DNA of 63,995 bases from Octopus bimaculoides (taxonomy: Eukaryota), in contig NC_068988.1 in the NCBI RefSeq assembly GCF_001194135.2, positions 20,732,471 through 20,796,465 of the forward strand. Reading direction: 5' to 3'. Positions 38,500 to 50,029 of the stretch are shown here, piece by piece. Under the pieces are notes generated by a model. The model made no database searches and was not told where the DNA came from. It saw nothing but the letters and a program-made list of their open reading frames with translations. Position 1 is the stretch's first letter; every line of letters starts with the position of its first letter. The position numbers and the translations under genes are program-made.

Positions 38500-38602
38500 A
38501 ATTATTTACATTATTTACATTTGACGGATATTTGTCCTCATCTTGTTTGTTGTTAACACAACGTTTTGGCTGATATACCCTCCAGCCTTCATCAGGTGTT
38601 TT
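38500..38602 (-). mobile_element. Penelope-like element pLTR remnant carrying the hammerhead
   Basis: Hammerhead followed by AACAACAAACAAGATGAGGACAAATATCCGTCAAATGTAAATAATGTAAATAAT (short tandem tail). Minimal hammerheads with a palindromic stem III are characteristic of PLE repeats. Confidence 0.55.
38555..38600 (-). ncRNA. Minimal type I hammerhead ribozyme of Penelope-like-element type, with a G12>A core mutation
   Basis: Minus strand reads AACAC-CTGATGA-A-GGCTG-(GAGGGTATAT)-CAGCC-AAAA-C-GT-T-GTGTT. Stem I AACAC/GTGTT, stem II GGCTG/CAGCC, palindromic ACGT stem III; canonical GAAA reads AAAA. Confidence 0.75.
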
Positions 38603-39319
38603 GACAGTAACTGCTGTAAGAAGAAATCTAACAATGCAATCTAGTCTTCAATGATAACTTTTGGGGAGAATTTTAGCCTCAAGATTGTTGTCAGTTCAAA
38701 TCGGTACCCTGGCTCTTGAAGAATTCGCAGGAACTCCAATATCATCTTGGAGCAATGAGTTAACCAATAATTTAATCAAGACCGCATGCTTAAAGTTTCA
38801 TTCCAGAAGACCTTGATACTTCTGTTTATGTTTGCACAGTATGAAGCCAGTATAGTTTGTCTCATTACTTAGTGGTTTGAGAAACAGAGAGTGATAATAG
38901 AAGTATGGAAATTGTATGATTGACTTAAAGACATTGACCCCAACATGGCCACAATCAAACAGACTGACTCATCAATTTCAATGAATGAATGCCAGTTATT
39001 TTATCAAGTGAACTGCCTATTTATTGACTTACAGCATAAGCAGTAGAGTGATGCACAGACAAACTCACCCTTAATGTATTCAGGAGGCACAATCTACCCG
39101 ACACTGTGAGACATGGATGAGCCCTTGAATTACAGGAGCAATTGACTCAGTTGGGCTCTGTGCAGCTTATATTCAAACAACAGACACACACACACACACA
39201 AGTCTATGCTGGCTGACACTCAATGAGTTGTGGTGTGAGACTGAAACCAGGATCACATGGCTGTTTTAAGTGAGCTTCTTAACCACATAGCTATGCAAAG
39301 GTCATACACAGTTGAACAT

Positions 39320-39543
39320 TTCGCCCGGCTAGGTTCGGAGTCCCCTCGATAGGGGCTGCCCAGAGCGGGTGCCAGGCCCATTCGGAGCCGGCGGCGATCG
39401 GCGGTGTTCTTTTCGGCCCGAGAGTCAGGTTGCTTGGGAACGCAGCCCAAAGCGGGTGGTAAGCTCCATCCAAGGCTAAATACGGGGATGAGTCCGATAG
39501 CCGACAAGTACCGCGAGGGAAAGTTGAAAAGAACTTTGGAGAG
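39320..39543 (+). rRNA. Isolated 28S (LSU) rRNA fragment, D1 region; non-functional rDNA-derived insertion
   Basis: GAGTCAGGTTGCTTGGGAACGCAGCCCAAAGCGGGTGGTAAGCTCCATCCAAGGCTAAATAC...CCGATAGCCGACAAGTACCGCGAGGGAAAGTTGAAAAGAACTTTG is the conserved eukaryotic LSU core downstream of D1. Sharp GC/CpG-rich island within AT-rich DNA. Confidence 0.92.
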
Positions 39544-39679
39544 GAACCAGAAGAATCAACTCCAGTACTAGAATGGAACTTTATTTATCAACCCCAAATG
39601 GATTTAAGGCAAGCTTGACCTTAGCAGGGTTTGACCTCAGGTGCAGAGAAAGACAAAGACTGCAAGATATTCCCCATAA

Positions 39680-39719
<40 letters not shown>

Positions 39720-40098
39720 CCACACTTATCATCATCATCGGTTTATATTAATTTTCAACACTGGCATAAGCTGGACTGATGATCTAAGTCACTCCCTATT
39801 TCTGAGTCACTGTGGAGGTCAGAGGACCACATTTTGCCCTTACGTTCCATTTTTCACATGGTCACTATGGATGGATGTTCTTCCCAACACCAACCATTTT
39901 GCAAGAGTAACGAAGATACATTTGATTGTGACACAAGTACTAATAATACCATCATGTCCTCAACAAGACTTTTAAAGAATCCTCGTGATTTAATATTGCT
40001 TCTGCTAACCACTTTACAAGGATGTTCTGTACTGGGTGCATTTTATAGTAGAACCAGCAGTGGTGAGCTTGCTTTGTACCTCACAAAACTAAATAGGT

Positions 40099-40134
<36 letters not shown>

Positions 40135-40779
40135 CTCATGTTATGCTTAGAAACAATGCACGTTACCAGAATTTTAAACTCAAATAGAACAAAGAACTCC
40201 AAATCCTTAAAATATCATTAATTGATCTGACTTCATTTTATACACACACACACACAAATGTGTACATGTGTGTGTGTGGGCGCATGGTACCGTGAGGGAA
40301 ATGAAGAGGAAGAAAAATCCTCTAACAGCAACTAGGAGTAACACTTGACACTTGTGATAGGAATAACTATTTATATAACAGTGCCTATCAAAGTGGCCAC
40401 ATTCCAAAGCTTCCTGGAAAGGCAAGTTAGAGGGAAAAAAAAAGATGGTTGAACATTTTAAATGTATCAATGGATAGCAAGCAGCTGGCTACTATAAACT
40501 ACTTCCTGATGCAGCCTGTTTACTATGAATGTCAATGTGGTTAGAGTGAAATACTATTGCAGAATATTGATTACAGAAAAATCAGCACCCAAACTCAACA
40601 CACACATATACAGAATCATCCTCATCATTTTACGTCTGAGTTCCATACTGGATTGGACTGGACGTTATATATTTCAATATAAAAGCCTGGAAATAAAAGG
40701 TCTTGAGATCATGTTCTAGATTGTGTAGCAAGAGTATAAATGCTGTAAAGAATGCTGAATGATAAAAATAGTGACTCAC

Positions 40780-41078
40780 CTTTCCATCAGAATCTTCACT
40801 AATCCTATAGTGGTAAACCCTTCCTTCATATCGTACAGATATGGAGCGTTGACCCGGGCTACTTTCACTCTCGCGAACTAAAAAGCTGCCGTTAATTCCA
40901 CTGCTTAGTAAATATTCCGAAGCATTCCTGGATATAGGTCCATGGTACCAGGAGAATTTGTCTAAGCTATTAACTGGAGCAATATAGTTACTTGGTACCC
41001 AACCAATGTCACCAGCTTTGTTCTTTACCTCACACCATTCACCACCTTTGTTGTAGCCAAGAATCGTCATTTGTTCAC
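40780..41078 (-). CDS. Abl: Abl tyrosine kinase internal exon (equivalent to human ABL1 exon a3): rest of SH3 and most of SH2
   Basis: (G)[99 protein letters not shown], with the FLVRES SH2 signature. Acceptor ttttatctgtgcAG|GT, donor GGAAAG|GTGAGT, 299 bp, phase 1 to phase 0. Joins in frame to the 61155-61322 exon. Confidence 0.97.
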
Positions 41079-41293
41079 CTGCACAGATAAAACAAAAGAG
41101 AGTTTAGTCATTTGAGAGTACAACAAAGGATGAAGAGGTTAAATAAATACAAGAACAAGATACTCATAACTTAGTTGTTCAGAATGGTTGTAGCAGGTTT
41201 TCAATTTTTCTGACAGTGGAGAGTAAAATTTAACCTAAAAGTTGAAGTAATAAAGATATCAACCCAATACAATACAACAGAAAATTTAAACTA

Positions 41294-41470
41294 TCATATT
41301 TACTCAAACATAAGTCACGCTATTTTATACTTGATGTCAACAGGCAAAGCTGGGGTGTAACTTATGCACAGGGCAAAGCTAAATGAGGAAGAAAAGTTTT
41401 TTTTTACCAAGAATTAACACTAAATTAGGGATTAACACTAAATTGGTGACTTATACACAAGTAAATATGG
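41294..41470. mobile_element. 177-bp pogo/Tc2-like MITE about 215 bp from the Abl acceptor
   Basis: TA|TCATATTTACTCAAACATAAGTCAC ... GTGACTTATACACAAGTAAATATGG|TA. Confidence 0.7.
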
Positions 41471-41519
41471 TAAAAACAAATGAAAACTTAAATCTAATTT
41501 TAAAATAATTATTTCTAAA

Positions 41520-41975
41520 TAAGACACAAGGCCAACAATTTTTGAGCAGGGGAGCTTAATTAATTACATTGTACACAGTAAGTGACTGGTATTTTATTTT
41601 ATCAACCCTAAAAGGACAAAAGGCAAAGTTAACTATAGCAGGGTTTGAACTCAGAACATAAAGAGCTGGAATAAACACTGCAAAGTATTTTCTTTGACAT
41701 TCTAATGATTCTACCAATCCACTGCACTAATTTAACCTAAAAATAATGACATGCTAAATGTAACTTAAAAATAATGGTTTCTGACCTAGGCACAAAACCA
41801 GCAATTTTGAGGAGAGGAAGGTGTGAGTCAATATTATTGACCCTACTACAAGACTTGGAGGGATAAAAGGCAAAACTGACAACAGTGTGGTTTGAACTTG
41901 GGGTGTAAAGAGCAAGAACAAATACTGCAAAGCAGTTTGTCCAACACTCTTAATAGTTCTGCCAACTTGCTGCCT
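41520..41975 (-). mobile_element. Two tandem older family B SINEs
   Basis: Two diverged reverse-complement family B cores (aaaggcaaagttaac / aaaggcaaaactgac). Confidence 0.65.
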
Positions 41976-42054
41976 TCTAAGTTAAAAATAATAAAAAAAA
42001 AGTATCATTTAAACATTTAAAGAATCACTAAAAATTAAAAAGTAATTAAAAAGC

Positions 42055-42270
42055 ACATCATCATCGTCATTTAAAATCCATTTTCCATGCTGGAATGGGT
42101 TGGACAAGGCCAGAAGCTGTATCAAGCGCCATTGTCTGTTTTGGTATGCTTTCTAAGCTGGATGCCCTTCCTAATGCCAACCACTTTACAGAGTGATTAT
42201 CGTGTGGCACTAGCACCAGTGCTTTATATGTGGCACCAGCACCCTTATGGTCACCAAGTACTTTGCAAGA
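42055..42270 (-). mobile_element. Family C element (older)
   Basis: catcatcatcgtcatttaaaatccattttccatgctgg...ggatgcccttcctaatgcc. Confidence 0.7.
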
Positions 42271-43661
42271 CCCCACCCCAAAAATGTGAAATTTAAATTA
42301 TCAAATAAAAATAACCTAAAACACAATAAAGTAAAATGTATGTCACAAATGGTAAAAATTAACAAAGTTTTGCTAGGAGAGAATAAAACTAACATCTATT
42401 GTTCAATGGAATAATTTTACCATGTAGCCAAGTCCTATCTGCAAGCAACAATCAATGGTAGCTTATAGGCAGAAATGGGATAAACACCTTCATATTTTAA
42501 ATTCTTGATTCAGAAAGAGATTCTTTTTCCTGTCATGAATATAGAATTTATTAGTATTGTTCACATATCAATGAAAGTTTTTTGTCCTCCTTCTATTTTC
42601 CTTTAGTAAGATAGTTTACTCTAAAGCTTATATTTTGTATTGTATTTAAGGAAAGGGGAAAAAAAAACATTTCTATATCACATAACACTAAACTGTTACT
42701 AGATTTGAACTTTCACGCTATGCTTTACATTGACCAATAAATAATTAACTTTACTCCTCCTTTCCCCACTAAAATAAAAAATAAAGAAAGAAAAATGGTA
42801 AGTTGTTCTATTTGATGCAGAAGAAGAAGGACAATGACATTATAATCTTTAAAAAAAAATACTATAGTAAGAATTAAATTTTATTCTAAAAACAGTAAAC
42901 ATTTCAATTTAACCTAAAAACACTCAAAGTTCAAACTTAACTAAAAAGAACACTAACATTTAAATTTGACTCAGAAACACCAAAAAGTTTAAATTTAACC
43001 TAAAGAGAAAATATACAAAATATACAAATTAGACTGAAACGAAAACCAATATTTCTCTTATGTCATTAGAATGCCATTAATTGTGCAGTAGTTCCAGTTA
43101 CCCAAGCACCACTTCCAGATACACTGAGGCTAACAATTACACATAAGTTCCACCACTTACAGCAGTGAACTTTCTCTCTCCAAAATAACTTCGCACATCC
43201 AAACAGAGTGGTTTATTGAGAGCCAAGACAAGTGCAGTAATGATCACAAAAACACAAATCACTGAGTCTTCAGCTGTCAAGTCAATGAAGTTGGCCAGCT
43301 GCAAATAGCCCTCTGTTAAGAGCCTACCGCTCCTGTCAGCTCCTGGAAATGGTTAAATGCTAGCCAGGCCATGTAGTCAGCTGGCAACAATATTAGGATA
43401 TTTCTTATCAGACACACAGGGCTGATGAGTGTTTCTTTAAGAAAACAAATTATAGATGGTATGTCAATGAACACGACTAGCTCTGTAGTAATGTCATTTA
43501 TGAGATCAACCAAGAAAAATTACTCTCCCCACCACAACAAATTATTGAACTCAACTTTTGAATTCAATACAGAGCTTGATGGATAACACCAGCAGACTTT
43601 GTCAAATGTTAATATAGATATAGTCCAACCTTTTTGTCATTATTTTAATATTCTCATACTT

Positions 43662-43964
43662 TAAGGCAGTGAGCTGGCAGAATCATTAGCAAGGCACTGG
43701 GGTTGATGTAATCGACTTAATCTTTTTGTTTGTCCTTGTTTGTCCCCTCTATGTTTAGCCCCTTGTGGGTAATAAAGAAATAAGAATCATTAGCATGGCA
43801 GGCAAAATGCTTAGTGGCATTTCATCTGACTTTATGTTCTGAGTTCAAATTCTGTCAAACTCCACTTTGTCTGTTATCCTTTTGGGGGTCGATAAAATAA
43901 GTACCAGTTGGCACTGGGGTTGATGTAATCAACTTATCCCTACCCCGAAATTGATGGCCTTGTG
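43662..43964 (+). mobile_element. Family B SINE containing a nested 91-bp 5'-truncated family B insertion
   Basis: Inner insert 43692-43782 is flanked by agaatcattagca on both sides; the outer copy is flanked by a 41-46 bp duplication. Confidence 0.8.
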
Positions 43965-44265
43965 TAGTCCAACCTGCTTTATCATTCTTTATTTTAATAT
44001 TCTCATACTTCACAACAATCATTTCAACTAGATCTTAGGAGCTATGTTTCTGCTCCTATATATGTCTGTCTGTGTATACATATATTTGCACATGTGTTGG
44101 ACTACTTTCAGAAAACTAAAAGTAGTTATTTAGGGCTGCTCTGATAACTTAAAATTACTAACTATTATTAAGCTATAACTAAATTTTCATTGCTTATGAA
44201 GTCTGGGACCTCTCACTCACAACAACAACTTCATATTATACAGATAAGTGTTGGCTTTGTAGTAT

Positions 44266-44468
44266 CTCTTTTACTTGTTTCAGTCATTTGACTGCAGCCA
44301 TGCTGGAGCACCGCCTTCAGTCGAGCAAATCGACCCCAGGACTTATTCTTTGTAACCCTAGTACTAATTCTATCGGTTTCTTTTTGCCGAAGCGCTAAGT
44401 TACGGGGACAAACACAGACACACAAACACACATACATATATATATATGTATGTGTATGACAGGCATCT
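44266..44468 (-). mobile_element. SINE family A, 3' half (head lost in gap), with a 42-bp internal deletion
   Basis: Reverse complement of the family A tail; the two GGGGAC motifs have collapsed to one. Confidence 0.88.
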
Positions 44469-44797
44469 NNNNNNNNNNNNNNNNNNNNNNNNNNNNNNNN
44501 NNNNNNNNNNNNNNNNNNNNNNNNNNNNNNNNNNNNNNNNNNNNNNNNNNNNNNNNNNNNNNNNNNNNNNNNNNNNNNNNNNNNNNNNNNNNNNNNNNNN
44601 NNNNNNNNNNNNNNNNNNNNNNNNNNNNNNNNNNNNNNNNNNNNNNNNNNNNNNNNNNNNNNNNNNNNNNNNNNNNNNNNNNNNNNNNNNNNNNNNNNNN
44701 NNNNNNNNNNNNNNNNNNNNNNNNNNNNNNNNNNNNNNNNNNNNNNNNNNNNNNNNNNNNNNNNNNNNNNNNNNNNNNNNNNNNNNNNNNNNNNNNN

Positions 44798-45053
44798 AAC
44801 CTGTCGTATATATGTATATATATATGTGTGCGTGTGTGTATATTTGTGTGTCTGTGCTTGTCCCCGCAACATCGCTTGACAACCGATGCTGGTGTGTTTA
44901 CGTCCCCGTAACTTAGCGGTTCGGCAAAAGAAACCGATAGAATAAGTACTAGGCTTACAAAGAATAAGTCCTGGGGTCAATTTGCTCGACTAAAGGCGGT
45001 GCTCCAGCATGGCCACAGTCAAATGACTGAAACAAGTAAAAGAGTAAAAGAGT
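44798..45053 (+). mobile_element. SINE family A, 3' half (head lost in gap)
   Basis: Begins at the core end (cctgtcg-tata) and ends GTAAAAGAGTAAAAGAGT. Confidence 0.9.
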
Positions 45054-45056
45054 ATA

Positions 45057-45821
45057 CCAAAGGGATGAAAGGCAAAGCTAAACTTGGCAGAATTTGAACT
45101 GAAACAAATACCACATGGTATTTTGTTCCACATTTAAATGGTTCTTTCAATGTACTACACCTAAATAACAAGAATAGCTGTTTCTGGCATTGAGTTCTTT
45201 ATTTTTTTAGCACAGACACACAACCTGAAATTTGGTGTGAGGGGAAAATCTATATCATTGATCATACCACCTTCTTATTATGATAACCCTAATCCTTTTG
45301 ACTATAGGCACGACACCTGAAATTTTGGGAGAAGGGCCTAGTCGATTACATTGATCCTAGTGCTTAACTGATACTTTATTTCATTGACCCTGAAAGGATG
45401 AAAAGCAAAGCCAACCTTGGCAGAACTTGAACTCAGAATGTAAAGACAGACAAAATTCCACTAAGCATTTTGCCTGATGTGCAAACAATTCTGCCAGTAC
45501 ATCACTTTAATAATAATTATAATAATGATAATAATAATAGTAATCCTTTCTATTGTAGGCACAAGGCCTGAAATTTTGGAGGAGGGGCGCTAGTTGATTA
45601 CATCGTCCCCAGTTTTGAACTGGTATTTACTTCACCAACTCTGAAAGGATGAAAAACAAAGTCAAACCTTGGCAGAATTTGAACTCAAATTGTAAAACCG
45701 GAAGAAATGCTGCCAAGTACTTTGTTTAGTGTGTTTGCAATTTTGCTATCTTCCCACTTTATAATAATAATAATAATAATACTCTTTTCTACTATAGGCA
45801 CAAGAACTGGAATTTGCGGGG
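45057..45821 (-). mobile_element. Tandem chain of 3-4 older family B SINEs
   Basis: Repeated cctttctactataggcacaagg.ctgaaatttt heads and gaaaggatgaaa cores separated by (AAT)n. Confidence 0.75.
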
Positions 45822-46527
45822 NNNNNNNNNNNNNNNNNNNNNNNNNNNNNNNNNNNNNNNNNNNNNNNNNNNNNNNNNNNNNNNNNNNNNNNNNNNNNNN
45901 NNNNNNNNNNNNNNNNNNNNNNNNNNNNNNNNNNNNNNNNNNNNNNNNNNNNNNNNNNNNNNNNNNNNNNNNNNNNNNNNNNNNNNNNNNNNNNNNNNNN
46001 NNNNNNNNNNNNNNNNNNNNNNNNNNNNNNNNNNNNNNNNNNNNNNNNNNNNNNNNNNNNNNNNNNNNNNNNNNNNNNNNNNNNNNNNNNNNNNNNNNNN
46101 NNNNNNNNNNNNNNNNNNNNNNNNNNNNNNNNNNNNNNNNNNNNNNNNNNNNNNNNNNNNNNNNNNNNNNNNNNNNNNNNNNNNNNNNNNNNNNNNNNNN
46201 NNNNNNNNNNNNNNNNNNNNNNNNNNNNNNNNNNNNNNNNNNNNNNNNNNNNNNNNNNNNNNNNNNNNNNNNNNNNNNNNNNNNNNNNNNNNNNNNNNNN
46301 NNNNNNNNNNNNNNNNNNNNNNNNNNNNNNNNNNNNNNNNNNNNNNNNNNNNNNNNNNNNNNNNNNNNNNNNNNNNNNNNNNNNNNNNNNNNNNNNNNNN
46401 NNNNNNNNNNNNNNNNNNNNNNNNNNNNNNNNNNNNNNNNNNNNNNNNNNNNNNNNNNNNNNNNNNNNNNNNNNNNNNNNNNNNNNNNNNNNNNNNNNNN
46501 NNNNNNNNNNNNNNNNNNNNNNNNNNN

Positions 46528-46602
<75 letters not shown>
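46528..46602. repeat. (AAC)n microsatellite abutting a ~700-N gap
   Basis: Seen directly. Confidence 0.95.
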
Positions 46603-46603
<1 letters not shown>

Positions 46604-48209
46604 GTACAAAGCCAGAAAGAGGAATAGTCAATTAATTCAATTCTAGTATGGACTGGTAATTTACTTTATCAACCCTCAGAAGAATAAAAGGCAAAAGTTA
46701 ATAAAAGTTAACTGCTGGTGTGAAGCATGTTACACATGCACACATACATCTACAGTAGTAATAAATAAAGTGCTTGCCCTAAGTGCTTTGTGAACAGTAA
46801 CAGTCAGCTGAAGGAAGACTCAAGTTAAGCCAGATGTCAAAACTTAAAAGAAACAGAGCGCAAAAGAAAAAAAAAAATCTTTGGAGTTAGAAAGGAAAGA
46901 AATAGCAAACATAAAGTAATTTGGAAATTGGTATGGGAGCACCCATCAGAGAACATGACTTGTAACTTGAAATGAGCAGCAACACAAACACACAAACAAC
47001 TAGTGTATGTGTCTAAGAACATGTATACTTGAATGATTCATTATTAGATATCTTAACCCTTTTAATAGAAACCCCCACATGAATTCTTCTCTCATTCTAT
47101 GATATAAATCTGTCTATTTTAAAATATTTATGTTGAAATTTAAATCTCCTATTATAGTTTTATTTAATAAGCCTGCCAGTGTTCCAAATTCTAAGTAAAA
47201 TAATGAAAATAATGGAAAAAATAGGTTGTTAAATTTACTATCCCTTGCCCACAGAAAAAAAAAAAAAATTCTAAATTATTTTTAAAACTGAAAAATATAG
47301 GGCAGTGTGTTAGTAATACAGCTATGGAAGGTTTTAAATTATACTAAGGTTTCACTTATACATCTAAAGAAACCTAAAAGTTTTCTGGGTGCTTTGAATG
47401 TATTCATGCATATGTACACACTCATGTTTATTCAAAAGGAAGGCCGGTACTTTACCCATGTAATGCAATATTAAAAGAGAATATCTAGGCAGGAGATTAG
47501 GTTTTACGCATTTTCTATTCAGAGACAAATCTATATAAAAAAATGAGAGATGATGAGGATAGTGGTAGTGGTGGTAGTGCTAATGATTGCGATGAGAGGG
47601 GGTGATAATGAAAACTGGTGATAATGAAAACTGGTGATAATAATGGTGATGGAGGTGGTGAAGATCGTTTCTGCTATTTAGCCCCAAAGATACCTATCAT
47701 AAAAGTATACCATCCTTTACTTATTTTTTTTTTCTCAGATACAGTATGCCTAGGAATCCTATTATTCAAATTGTCATTTCTGGATTTTAAGAAGGCAGGA
47801 TGAAACTGGAGAGATATTTGACTTTTATTTCTAGCAGATCAAACAACCAGGCTAAAGGCTCCTCATCCACTGGTAATTTTTTCTGTTAGGTTAATGTAAT
47901 TACTCTTCATCTCCCAAGTCACTAACAAACCAATTCAAGCAGATTTATGGTACACAAGTAGCTTGTTGAATGTATAGATGTGACCCATATACCCAGTACT
48001 GTAGATCTCTCACATGCAGCAGTTTGTATGAACTGCAGTGCAGCAATATAGATGTGTTGCATTGTCTTTATTATCTACTTTGCTCGTGAATGCAGTGAAA
48101 ATGTACTGAGTAGCTTTTGCCTAGATTTGGCCAGTATGATGAAGGTCTTCTAGAATTTTAGAGCAAGGGCCACTGAAACAACATTTACCTTTTGTCCGGT
48201 TTCATTCAT

Positions 48210-48462
48210 TGAATTGCAGCCATGCTGGGGACACTGCCTTGAAAGCTTTAGTTGAACAACTTCACACCCCTACACCACCACCCGCATATTTATTTTTGAA
48301 GTTTGGCTCCCCTACTCCTATATTCATTTCTGAAGTATTTTTAAATAGGATTTAAAGTTTTAAATTCTATTGGACTATTTTGACAAACCACGAAGTTATG
48401 GGGATGTAAACAAACTAACACCTGATGTCAAGCGTTGGTGTAACAAACATAAATACATCATG

Positions 48463-48560
<98 letters not shown>

Positions 48561-48965
48561 CAATGGGCTTCTACACAGTTTCTTATTTCTTTATTGCCCA
48601 CAAGGGGCTAAACATAAAGGAGACAAACAAGGACAGACAAATGGATTAAGTCGATTACATCGACCCCAGTGAGTAACTGGTACTTAATTCATCGACCCCG
48701 AAAGGATGAAAGCCAAAGTTGACCTCGGCGGAATTTGAACGCAGAACATAATATGGCAGACGAAATACCGCTAAGCATTTTGCCCAGCGTGCTAACATTT
48801 CTGCCAGCTGGCCGCTGGGCTTCTATACAGTTTCTGCCTACTAAATCCACTCACAAGGCATAAATAAACTCAGAGCTATAGCAGGTGACACTTGCCCAAG
48901 GTACCACTCAGTGGGACTGAACCCAAAACCACATGGCTGTAAAGTAAGTATCTTAAATACACAGA
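48210..48965 (-). mobile_element. Older SINE family A copy interrupted by a family B SINE
   Basis: Diverged tail at 48210-48460, (CA)(TA)(GA) microsatellite, core split at a duplicated 20-mer, head at 48836-48965. Confidence 0.75.
48584..48815 (-). mobile_element. SINE family B (Nin-domain-like core), young full-length copy with a 20-bp TSD
   Basis: Core reads ACTTTGGCTTTCATCCTTTCGGGGTCGATGAATTAAGTACCAG on the minus strand; flanked by tgggcttctacacagtttct (48564-48583) and tgggcttctatacagtttct (48816-48835). Confidence 0.88.
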
Positions 48966-49099
48966 TATACTTTTTATTATTATTATTTTTTCCTGCTTTA
49001 TCGCTTTATTAAGGTTCAGCCAAACAAAAGAAGCAGTACTCGTAAGGTTCACAAAAGAAATTGATACAGATGTTCAAACTGTAATCTTTCATCTTTCAG

Positions 49100-49545
<446 letters not shown>

Positions 49546-49554
49546 GTTGAACAT

Positions 49555-49880
49555 TACTCTTAATGCTTGCAGGTGAAACACGAGCAGGAGGAAATTCCAG
49601 AGAATTTCTGGGATGATATGACTGGAAATAGTAGTGGGTGTAGGGTGAGATATTGTCTGGGTGTCAAAAGGAGGTGGGTTTAGTTTGTGGGGTGGGCCAG
49701 GGTGGAGATGATATGTAATTAGCCGGCTCCAAGGACTTGAGACTATTCCAGTCACAAAGCTAGAAGAAAAGTGAGGAGATAATGAGTCTGTGAGCTAAGG
49801 GGTGTAATGTTTTAAAGAGTGGTTATTTGTCAGGCATTCAGATTAGCCCTTTTTATGATGTGGTCTGGGATGTTGTTTGT
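49555..49880 (-). mobile_element. Probable decayed CR1/Jockey-group LINE 3' end
   Basis: SSHIIP..ILWN.LP.RVF resembles the SF.PRT..LWNSLP..VF terminal motif. Confidence 0.4.
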
Positions 49881-50029
49881 GTAGGGCAGTGGTCCTCAAA
49901 CACGGTTCACATGATCTTAGGAGTCTGTATAAGATTATGTTGTTAAAATTTATGTGTAATAAATTACTTATACTTCTATAGTACACCAAATATTAAAGCT
50001 TTTTTTATACAATTCCTAATAATATCTCC

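Larger units (their letters stand above)
1..40779 (-). other. Abl: Abl intron downstream of the a3-like exon (at least 40.8 kb; next exon not found in the window)
   Basis: GT donor at 40779-40778. A visual scan found no LYV..FNTLAELVHHH / GGGQYGEVY exon, although it could hide in the 380-N gap at 1172-1551. Confidence 0.65.

Noticed and set aside
39253-39507. GC-rich ORFs of 84 and 60 aa
   Set aside because: Antisense translations of the 28S rRNA fragment.
40630-41070. ORF-track call of a 146-aa protein starting MTILG
   Set aside because: It is an internal Abl exon read through its donor. The true limits are 40780-41078 and the tail VSHYFY... is intron.
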